From: an uncultured virus (IMG/VR IMGVR_UViG_3300028888_000068)
Lineage: Duplodnaviria; Heunggongvirae; Uroviricota; Caudoviricetes
DNA length: 64,000 nucleotides
IMG/VR virus record: IMGVR_UViG_3300028888_000068
Direction: 5' to 3' (one strand)
Positions within the stretch are counted from its first letter, which is position 1; each line of letters begins with the position of its first letter. Shown one piece after another: positions 42,001 to 48,800 of the stretch. Both the position numbers and the translations under genes were made by a program. A model generated the notes under the pieces. The model was not told where the DNA came from and ran no database searches. It saw nothing but the letters and a program-made list of their open reading frames with translations.

Positions 42001-43284
42001 TTAGTATCTGTTAATGAAATTACTGATCCAGCGACAAATACCTATAGAAATTGGACTCCTGCTACTATAGTTTTCGAAAAAGGACCAAAAGGTGATGATG
42101 GTCAAGGTCTTGAAGGTGCTGTTGTTCGTGGACCAGTCAAGTGGGAGGATGCTGATAGTGGTAGACTTTGGAACTCTGGAGATACAGAAGAGGAGAACAA
42201 TATTAGGTATATAGATATAGTTTTCCATGATGGCCACTACTATAGATGTAAGACCACACATAATCATACTGGGTCTGCACATGTTCCAGGTAATGATTCT
42301 AATTATTGGACTCTAGCGGACGGTGAGTATGAATTTATTGCGACAGATCTTCTTCTGGCTACTAATGCTAAGATTAAGTTCCTTTCTGGAAATCAGCTCA
42401 TCCTAACCTATGATGATAATGGTACAGAGAAAATTTCTGGTGGTGCTGTAGGCGGAACTGGTGTTAACTTCTGGTCTGGCGGAACTAGTCCTGATGATTC
42501 CAACAACAAATTTACTGTTGACTACGAAGGAAACCTTACGTCTACTGCTGGTACTATAGGTGGTTGGGAGATTCATGATAACTATCTTAGTTCTTCCGGG
42601 ACTTGGACTGGAGGAAGTGCAGGAGGGAATAACTCACTTAGCCTAAAGCTTGGAGAAATTTCTGGAAGCACCTCAATTCAGGGAGGACATACTTCTACTT
42701 ATAGCGGAACTTTCTCATTAATGCCAGGAGGTCTCTCTTTCACTGGAAATAATTCTGTAACATATAGTAGTGATACTAGCTATAGTATGGATCTTGATTA
42801 CTACAGTTTGTCTTTCGATACTACTAAAAATCAGAGGGGATATGTAGAAAGATCAATAGCAAGTATAGGTGCCTATAATGGAATTACTTTGGAAGAAATT
42901 GTAGACGACGTAAGTCAAGGAGTTACAAGAATAACAAATTCTTATATACAGTCAAATATGGTGACTGTAAATAATGACCTTACAGCATCAACAATTTCTG
43001 CTTCAGAAAGTATTGTATTGGGGGCCAGATCTGTTGCTCTGTCGGCTGGACATATACCATTTAAGATAGCCATTGTTACAGATGATAGTTCTTTGTTCAC
43101 TGTTTCCGGAGGAGAGTGGTATTTCAACGACGCAGCTACAGGAATTCCTGCTAGTTCTAGAAGTATTTCCTCTAGTGGGAACGAATATACTTTATATGAC
43201 AGTGAGAGAGGAGATTATGTTGGGTCTGGAGTTTATGATACTTCCGTTTCTAGAAGAGGCGATACTATTTACATCGAAATTTAA
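33082..43284 (+). CDS. Giant (3400 aa) tail fibre / host-recognition protein built from collagen-like-linked repeats
   Basis: Many G-X-Y linkers (GRDGDG, GEKGEPG, GEDGDPGEDG) separate Trp-rich ~60-100 aa modules. Six 'GI....EYY...YLWN(F/Y)E' repeats. C-terminal CBM-like YYRCKTTH...PG....YW, FIATDLLLA and GTIGGWEI. Confidence 0.8.
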   Translation: MPQIVANYKFNSRQPNFARDQVQTYEELLEYGGWNTGDSRYQHEDQRTDIDLGHIVYVVERNQHYTYVKITEVDENNEPTGSYHYGWAPLSGSGAGYTGGEGGDTGGDEGDPDVPTPLNVFAYFKSMVFKRGYANQAPALPGTGIAPGEPDYGGTFFDPVPYGWSDGIPAVDGDNDEDNDYIWMTTRVFSSGGAKDTNQQSSWTTPQLISDSKDWDYEFSELKELDSEHAYPNKQTPSDTATNGWSNTATENTVWMAIRQCENGLYKPNSEWQVIKIKGEDGEQALKIKILGRLDSLSDLEAVDSPQYLDAYLVGDNVYVWDGDSWSNSGPFRGTYDGTKSWAYLHIKYSDDGRNFTSFGGEVPGKWVGTYCDYEIQDSSNFNDYYWKQIGGGDGFGYEYIYTLTMDDQAPDVPDDHTNSERPDVSWDDFDFVPVNWTDDPGRIDATWRWCWVCYRVAINGHWSEFKGAHGKTAAEGGKAALYAHYGSDAVANSASRNFMIFTWTALDENADPKTPFVPEKPADNVAKWNVIENILELNEGQDFSWSIEESDSGTWDVNPGNAPDGLHRYLWMSTASFSEANDGEILGTWSDPVCLTGSDGRNGTDGVDSAFAYHLCNSMEEFAALVAPTLTNAHNEDSFVEGSGWTDHPQGISPAHPIEAASVGTYNKETLTWSYSAPFIWARWGEDGIDGDGVEYVFFVASEDSVEITDILDESENKLGEEVELKVTNWLPTTPEQLSEFFDGDAEKIAAFYTDHFNEWNPEGTGWTDDPSDVGPFQPYEFVSMRKFQYDETTKEGKWGLFSEPALWAKYAKDGTNGRSVFTSFVFTRTDINLHGAKLFGGTVEDPKPEVTKSADETQTIDITWEDTVPSGSNAPVWMSSRIFDDSLTGEGTGWKSPTLLQDTPEFQVEYTNEEVWNQSALPSLNDYIDWVNFPEEGIDETRWRQAAREATGATWGDIYDDGSDIIDPWWMITSRRGTGGVWTSWAIHKIKGEKGEPGTSISVKGNLNSYRDLGDSTGDPAGLVDHSSLSLGDCYVIGGLLWIYDGNNTKTSPYSTDYVTDPSGNGQILGDKYAGFSCQGQFKGDPGTTSWIHVRFANKSEDQSTPVSSENENYRYFYNNEVFIEFTGATHSGTVPGKYAGIAITSDVNIAPSSISQYEWTEWRGDDIYGTEQIFILSDTRPEAPSRPNEIPETTWNTFDYVPSDWSDTPLDPTPDAHCWVSTRRLSDPEDKNWKTPAIYTRYAHDGNNGVDGAVNEFIYHLGEKNSIPSIDLSKAKKGADTINSDPDASWWESDESRDFRPFDGEGYWADNPQGVEDLEGKHIEYYSYRTREYDDNNNKYVWTSWSPVKIWSSWGQKGRDGDGVEYIFTLTKIGKTPSNPTPYTISEEEVEVIDTTATDRNGHTWFDYDYVPTIPVASDYDPEDPEFTEHTWYDDPQEIGEVWRYQWVSMRRSHSDSEGNAQWTEFSQPVEWNKYTEDGKDGRTEEFIYFLSKYDDSEHPIIPTIDSTKAHKETSEGSDDRAGLSLDDWQELVDYVPALGNPTDFGYPITPTVYWNDNPYSISQEWPLEYRASRFKKDGVWSEWRDLILLSTWGQKGHDGDGVEYIFTRTANKSVVPDLTGESAFATYNEKSWTDNDFVPEGWTDDPKGTTPELRVEWVSIRKTFNGVWAASGDRKCWSEPKIWNEYDDSRLKEEIYHHGGKTEDPVLNKFWDYRGVAFDPHLDGFLPSDVTSDPGVAPSAVYTGEGDYDPEGWTPFEKGIDPDHRYEYKATRTKSPDTGLWSDFKISRCSAWGEDGDSVEFVFWMISQDQYEWIEQQIDVVPNDEAPDGQGRTRFDNEYLPVLELFTGDSDVTNDVNLPASDNQPADPSTATPYVYYSKREKRNGEWQAFSPIRLYTKLFVAPEYSCTLNLGEDKEGIMVVEEGNVYKSVSKYVSTGLTDTDLRYGANSLIIGKVEVQPVNKTVSGDTITASLGQRVTVWEASDGPTNNTTISVDGNSLKISVTKNDTFYYVWFSWSSSNGLTFKKDSNGDPIDLSFIIYASGGTAEGSTEKVGYATYNIHPVAGDTLYELSPTRSLFKKRSGSTPFDTSSISSFVWKKSIAEDKTTSVWANSTDWNEDPLEIRYRVDDRDPIIISGTLQADGTISGSDTSSETNPFSWTLQENTDDKGAKLLYLTIKLYESVSGGGIRNYAPGIEDGITIQVYRNNVLHDEEFIPVVYNGKKGNTGDYLQEETAYWLQPGDTAPSAPASSTVLVAPTNIEANNVEKWLNAPYSPTVTNRYLFVSKRMNQYYGQDDEDLGIHFGDLHIPGTWGDPFLFASRSVGEQGDTGRGIESITEYYQWTSTESAPSNTSLDNWTSTTIPSASGNQKYLWNFELITYTSGEPRTKKTDVARLTTLVNDGRGIDSIEEFYIWWNSGTTAPAKSHPDWYQSDNPKSPTATNKYLWNYEVIHFDDGSADFETDPVLLSQNGDDGRSLLGMAEYYQWTANNSAPSAPSSSALNGAPNTVGNWKKNDSSSSSTTDKYLWNFEYITYSVGGSTITPVSLVGTIGDDGKGIDHFEEYYYWGSSKTTYPSTSTIGNSSTSWCDQDHLDTLSAQTEGDSSRRYLWNFEKIVYTEGNETTDPIIIAINGEIGNGINDVQEYYLWTTSASLTGAQNDHANSSDPASVSYTDDTRWRTDWYASPNSKTYRYLWNFEIITYTVDSTPYRTSPALIGTIGEDGRGIESVTEKYLWHTSNTGITTSNYTTFTWYTADQLPAPTGDQKYLWNYESVVYTDNETPVDSTPIVISIKGDKGVDGKNYQFVYFLSKNNVSSFTIESNNDAEVTTSSGVVEVFPLFKAGTIWIAHPGGSHYTGTGFGDITDDPSGVSEDWPYEYESQGYTDSGGSWHFSIPSLKNNWAKDGEDGDPGEDGYSEYFLYKRGTRSSAPSVPSGQARISDMTSNDWSADRAYVTSRTNDDNPVVWATSTLVSVNEITDPATNTYRNWTPATIVFEKGPKGDDGQGLEGAVVRGPVKWEDADSGRLWNSGDTEEENNIRYIDIVFHDGHYYRCKTTHNHTGSAHVPGNDSNYWTLADGEYEFIATDLLLATNAKIKFLSGNQLILTYDDNGTEKISGGAVGGTGVNFWSGGTSPDDSNNKFTVDYEGNLTSTAGTIGGWEIHDNYLSSSGTWTGGSAGGNNSLSLKLGEISGSTSIQGGHTSTYSGTFSLMPGGLSFTGNNSVTYSSDTSYSMDLDYYSLSFDTTKNQRGYVERSIASIGAYNGITLEEIVDDVSQGVTRITNSYIQSNMVTVNNDLTASTISASESIVLGARSVALSAGHIPFKIAIVTDDSSLFTVSGGEWYFNDAATGIPASSRSISSSGNEYTLYDSERGDYVGSGVYDTSVSRRGDTIYIEI

Positions 43285-43297
43285 ACCTTAATTAATT

Positions 43298-43334
43298 TCT
43301 AAGACTGGGGAGATAACTTCAAACCAGTCTTAGA
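43298..43334 (+). promoter_or_regulatory. Intergenic hairpin
   Basis: TCTAAGACTGG 43298-43308 / CCAGTCTTAGA 43324-43334. Confidence 0.65.
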
Positions 43335-43348
43335 TAAATTATAAAGAG

Positions 43349-44959
43349 ATGTTTAAGTTCATAAGAAAAATAATGATATCAATAATAAATGCAATAAAAT
43401 CTCTTTTCGTAGGAGATAAAGAAGTTCAAAGAGTTACTATCGGAGACACTCAAGTTTATTCTATTGGTGACGATCTATGGCCAACGGTTCCTAGTGGCGA
43501 AAAATGGAGAATATCAGAACTTAATCTTCAATACAGCTCTGGGTCTAAGCTTGATGCGGCAGGAAGCAATTATGTAGAAATAGTTGCGACTGTCTACAAA
43601 TATCGTGATAATATGACGACTGTTTATGAAACTACAACTATGTCATGTCCTCTTGAAACTGATACAAGTTGGATAGAGCTAGGGAATAGTGACACTAGGG
43701 CCTACGGAGAGAATAGAGGAACACAGAATCCAAGTACTTCTGCTGGTGCTGAAAGAACAGGTATAATTAGAGCTATCAGACCTATTCAATCAGGTTATCA
43801 GGTATCAGGTCAGGCGTCTGATTCTCAGTTTGGACAGAACTATACAGTAACTCAGTCTGCAAATAGTATTATAGTTGTAGGTACAGAAATTAACCGAGTT
43901 AACCTATATTGTTCAAGTCCAGTGATTAGCAAAATATTTGAACCAGATGACACTGATTTCACCCTTGCCGTATCAGATGGGGCTATAAACAGTATGAGTT
44001 ATCATATAGAAGGATACAATATAAAGAATTATGCATCTGGATCTTATTATGGAAATGATTCAAATGTTTCTTGGACTGTAGATGCAGTTACTGGCCAATA
44101 TAATAGCTATTGTTCTTGGATTACTATAACCCCCGATTCCAACGTAAGTAATAATACTATAGGAACTATAGATATCTCTAGTTATTCTGGTTCACCCGGA
44201 GATAGTAGAACTGCTTCTTTAAGAATTTACAATGGATCATCACCTACATCTGGAACCGGAACTATGATAATTACAATTCAGCAGACAGTTAGTGCATACG
44301 TATTTACTGGTCCATCCTCCGTTGGTCAGCAGCCACGCTATGCCGGAACTTTCACAATTACGTATACTGCGTCGAATAATGGTCAGGCACTAACAACTTC
44401 TGAACTTAACAGTATTAATTATTCATTTACCAGTAATGGTATTGGATGTACTTATGTATCTAGAAGAGTTTCAGGAACGTCGGTATATTTTACTTTCCAA
44501 CGCCCACTCAATCCTTCTGAATCTGTTAGGACCTCCAAAATTACAGCTACATTTGAAGGAAAATCAGTTACAACTACAGTAACTCAAGCTGCTGGAATTA
44601 GTATAAGTGGAGTGAAAGTGTTCGCGTACTCTTTGTCTGGATCTGATTTTGTACTAGGAACCGTATCTAGGTCTACTGGAGAAAGTCTCGGTATCTTAAT
44701 TGCATCAAAGACCACCATAGATTCCAACAAAACTGCACAATTTATAATAGATTGGAAATATTCTGGAAGTAGTGAAACTTATAATGAGGGAGATAGTGGT
44801 CCTGTTTCAGTCACTATTCCATCAGGATCACGTGTTCAAGTTGGCACAAATACGTTCTATGGGAAATGGATAGTATCTGAGGCACTAGAAGGACTGTCTA
44901 TTGATGAATCATATACAGGGGTTGAGATAACTGATGTAAATATGTTTGTAGTTAGTTAA
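43349..44959 (+). CDS. Fibre-associated protein with BACON-like domains
   Basis: N-terminal IKSLFVGDKEVQRVTIGDTQVY fibre-tip module; SWI...RT...I...TVTQ BACON-like repeats. The start could be ATG 43373. Confidence 0.65.
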   Translation: MFKFIRKIMISIINAIKSLFVGDKEVQRVTIGDTQVYSIGDDLWPTVPSGEKWRISELNLQYSSGSKLDAAGSNYVEIVATVYKYRDNMTTVYETTTMSCPLETDTSWIELGNSDTRAYGENRGTQNPSTSAGAERTGIIRAIRPIQSGYQVSGQASDSQFGQNYTVTQSANSIIVVGTEINRVNLYCSSPVISKIFEPDDTDFTLAVSDGAINSMSYHIEGYNIKNYASGSYYGNDSNVSWTVDAVTGQYNSYCSWITITPDSNVSNNTIGTIDISSYSGSPGDSRTASLRIYNGSSPTSGTGTMIITIQQTVSAYVFTGPSSVGQQPRYAGTFTITYTASNNGQALTTSELNSINYSFTSNGIGCTYVSRRVSGTSVYFTFQRPLNPSESVRTSKITATFEGKSVTTTVTQAAGISISGVKVFAYSLSGSDFVLGTVSRSTGESLGILIASKTTIDSNKTAQFIIDWKYSGSSETYNEGDSGPVSVTIPSGSRVQVGTNTFYGKWIVSEALEGLSIDESYTGVEITDVNMFVVS

Positions 44960-44973
44960 TCGTATATTAAATT

Positions 44974-45828
44974 ATGTCATTAAAAATAGGAACTAATTTC
45001 AATTATCAGGGACATGATTTCCTTGATTATCGACAGGGACTTCCTAAAACGCTTGAAGACCTAAGAAACTGGAATATCTTAGTGCCTCTTGGTTTTGAAG
45101 CGTGTGTAGACGGTGAGTGGTACATGTGGAAAGGAGAGGACTATATTAATCCTGAAACTGGCCACTGGGAGAAGAGAAGTGTAAGCATGGGAAATAATTA
45201 TGATGATGCTATTGCTAAACTCATGGCTAAAGTATTCCCGGCATCATTCTCAGTCTCTGGTGGTGGAACATATGAAAAGGGACAATCCGTTGTTCCTACT
45301 GTAAGATGGTCCTTAACAAAAGAGGGCGTCGCAGTGCCAATAGATATTGTTTGGATTAATAATAGCATGCTCCCTGACCCTAATGTTACATCCTATACAG
45401 ACAGAGCCATTACCTCTAGTACTACCTATAATGTCAGAGTTCAGTCTTCAGAGGGAGCAGAGTTTACAGGTTCTGCCAGATGGACTTTCTCACTGAAACG
45501 TTATTGGGGAGTTTCTAGTTATTCCGCACAGTCTCCTGAATTTATACCTCCTTCATTGGCAGGCTTAAGTTCAGAATTTGCCTCAGACTGGAAGAAGGAA
45601 CAGACTCAATTTGATTGTAGTGGAGGAAAGTATCCTATGTATATTCTTCCCGCCGGTCTCTATAGTGAGTCTACTTTTCAGGTTTGGGTAGGAGGACTTA
45701 GAAACACAGACTTAGAAGTTCGTAGAGAAGTTCTAGTCAATGGTTCTGGAAGTCGCGATGAATATATTATAATTACCCTAGGTACACGTCAGACTGGTGT
45801 ACTAGGTATTACGTTTAAACAAAATTAA
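44974..45828 (+). CDS. Putative fibre adaptor/connector protein
   Basis: N-terminus (IGTNFNYQG...LDYRQ...TLEDL) resembles that of the 3400 aa fibre (IVANYKFNS...FARDQ..TYEEL). The C-terminal Ig plus RYWG domain resembles the C-termini of 21028 and 30517. Confidence 0.6.
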   Translation: MSLKIGTNFNYQGHDFLDYRQGLPKTLEDLRNWNILVPLGFEACVDGEWYMWKGEDYINPETGHWEKRSVSMGNNYDDAIAKLMAKVFPASFSVSGGGTYEKGQSVVPTVRWSLTKEGVAVPIDIVWINNSMLPDPNVTSYTDRAITSSTTYNVRVQSSEGAEFTGSARWTFSLKRYWGVSSYSAQSPEFIPPSLAGLSSEFASDWKKEQTQFDCSGGKYPMYILPAGLYSESTFQVWVGGLRNTDLEVRREVLVNGSGSRDEYIIITLGTRQTGVLGITFKQN

Positions 45829-45834
45829 ATTACA

Positions 45835-45878
45835 GAAGAGGGGAAGAGATTATTGTCATGTAGTCTCTTCCTTTCTTT
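45835..45878 (+). terminator. Intergenic hairpin (terminator or processing site)
   Basis: GGAAGAGA 45842-45849 / TCTCTTCC 45864-45871, extendable with G-U pairs and followed by TTTCTTT. Confidence 0.55.
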
Positions 45879-45898
45879 AAAAAATAATTAAACCAAAT

Positions 45899-48800
45899 AT
45901 GGCACAACTTAGAGGAACAAATGTAGCTGCTCCGTTAATGCCTTTTTCCGACAGAGATAAATTTCCAACACATCTCCCGCAATATGGAAAAGGTGGTTAT
46001 CGAAGTGTAGCTGACCTGGACGAGAGAGATGCTATTCCGACCGAGAGACAGGAAGAGGGTATGCTTGTTTGGGTTATCTCGAAATCTACCCTCTATCAAC
46101 TTCGGTCGGGAGAGTGGATAGAATTCAAAATCTCAACATCTGATGACCCCAGTTCTCCCGGAAGCTCTGATTATGCGAAGGCTTCTGACCTTGAGGCTCT
46201 AGAGGATAGGGTTTCAGATTTAGAAGAGAATGGAGTTGGTTCTGGGTCTTATCAATTTAATAGTGTCGATGATATTCCCTCCGACTATCCTGGAAACTTT
46301 GTCTATATCGATGGAAAAAAGACGTTCTATGTTAGGGATGAAGAGGGATGGCGACCTATTGAAACTAAAGCTAATATAGAATCTCGCGGAGGTATTCCAA
46401 TTTTCACCGAATCTCAAGTGGCGGAGATGGAAGAGAAGCCTGAAGATTATATTTCTATTAGAGATGCTTCAGAACTTCAACAGACCCCAGAGAATGACAC
46501 TAGAAACTATGTAGATATTCTATTCTCTGCTGTCCGAAGTCTTCAAGCTGAGGTGGCTAAGTTACGGAATTCTATGAAATACGGACTCTATTCATATACC
46601 GGAAAAGATACGGCAATGTCTAGAGTTATGGATTCTTATAGTGATATTCCTGACGAAGAACCTCTATGGGCAACTGAAGAAAGCGACCTAAGCCCTATCG
46701 ACGGAGCGGGAACTGAACTTGGAAATGGACACCTCTTAGAACCCTCTGAAAACGTTGAAGTCCTTGGAGAAGATGCATTACGAATTTCTAATGCTTCTTG
46801 GACTGACCCTCTTGGAGTTCTTGGTGATATAGAAGACCCTAAATTATATTTCTATTTTACAGCATCAAGTCCCAAGATTACATTAGCCTTAGATCCCGGT
46901 AATCTTGAACTTTCACTCTCTTCTCTTGGCGTTCCTAATAGTTCAAGGTATAATATCCTAGTAATTATTTCTCGGAAAGTACATGAAGTAGGTGATAATT
47001 TCATCTGGGTATCTATAGCTAATTATGCAACAGCTGTTACTACAAATGAAGGTTACTGGGACCCTAGAGCTAATATACTTAGTACGAATAAAACATCACT
47101 TTCCGAGGCTTATAGTGTTTCTGAAATTAGATTCTCTGACTTAGACCTCTTTAAATTTAATATCTACAGCAAGTATCAAGATTTCAGCAATACTATACTT
47201 CCGTCAGGACCTAGTGATGAAGATTATAAATATCGGGTAGCTCATCTTACTATACGTTCGGTCGAAAACTATTCAGACCTTGATGAAATTAAAGACCAGC
47301 TACCAAAGAACGAACTTATATATAACGAAGATAATGGATTCCTCTACATCAAACTAGAAAATGGAAAAGTAAAAAGAATTTCTGGTGGAGGTGGTGGAAA
47401 CGAAAATGACGACGAAACAACACCTAGTGGTATGGAAAAACAAGAAATTATCGAATGGCTTGCCGCTAATGGAATTATTGTAACAGATGAGGGCGGAGAA
47501 TTAGTACTTGGACCCGTCGCAGATATTACTTTTGTTCATCAAGGAACTGGCAAGAAGTTTAAATTTGAAACAGATGCAGAAGGCAATCTTCATGCTACTG
47601 AACTATCTGAAGACTCTTATGAAGGCCAGGGCGGTATTCTAAGTGTTAATAGCTTTGACCCTGACAATACTGAAATGAGTATCCGCGGCTTCGTAGGAAC
47701 ACTTGGAGATAAGAAACTTGCGAAAGCCGGTAAACCTGTTGCCATTGATAAAGACCATGGATTATACAGCGACCGTGTTAAAATTGGTGCTATCTATGCT
47801 CCTAATGCAAGTCTAACTACACACGGATGTTCTCATGCTTTTATTGAACTTGAAAATACATCCGACCAAGACTTTCTCTTAGACGGTTGCTACCTACATT
47901 ATGCTACCGGAACTAGTGGAAATGGAGCAGCGGCAGATATTCGGACTTATCACCTTGCCCTAGAAGGAAAAATTCCGGCCGGAGGAACTTATCTTGTTCG
48001 TGGAAAACAGTATACTTCTCCGGAACAAGCCAATTGTTTTATCAATGTTGCAACTTTCGATAAAGAGTGGTATATTGGGGAAGGAGAGCTTATAGACCTG
48101 ACTCCTGCCTCAAGCAATACATATCTCTTAACCTACGGACTTCCTGAACTAGATTGGAAGACTGTGATGTGGGCGGCTAATACTGATGCTTCTACTGTAA
48201 AGAAAGCACCATGGGTATATGATCCACACTACATTGATAGCGTATCCATTGGAACTCCTGTCTATAACGGTGATTCTAATGCTAATTCAACCTGGAATCC
48301 ATATAAGAAAAAAGATATTATCAATGCCTCTGCCTACTATGCTATCAAAGCTTTTGACTGTATCTATAAGAATACTTTTGAACTAGAACCAGCCAAGCAA
48401 GGATATCAAAGTGCTGGAACTATAGATTCTAGCCGTGTCCGTGGTGTAACTGCCGGAGACTATCAATATCTTAGAGTTAATAGTGATGTTATAGAATTTC
48501 CGAAAGCACCAGAGACGTTCCCTGTTAACAGATATACACCTAAAGCATCCTTTGAACATAAAAATGTATGTACTGATAAATCAAAGCTAGATATGAGTAA
48601 GCCTAATATGGTAACCTGTAGTTTTGGTATTAACATTCATACTACCAGATGCTTTAACTGGATATCCGCCGGAGAATTTGATGAATTTATCTGGCTTCGT
48701 CCAAAAGGTTCTGAGGCTTGGGTAAGTAGGTTTGAATCTTACAAGGCAGGAACTGAATCTGACAAACCTGGAGATATGGTTAAAGTCAGTTTCCCGGATG

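Noticed and set aside
33082..43284. CRISPR-like or non-coding repeat array
   Set aside because: The repeats are degenerate, in-frame protein repeats with no identical DNA repeats separated by unique spacers.
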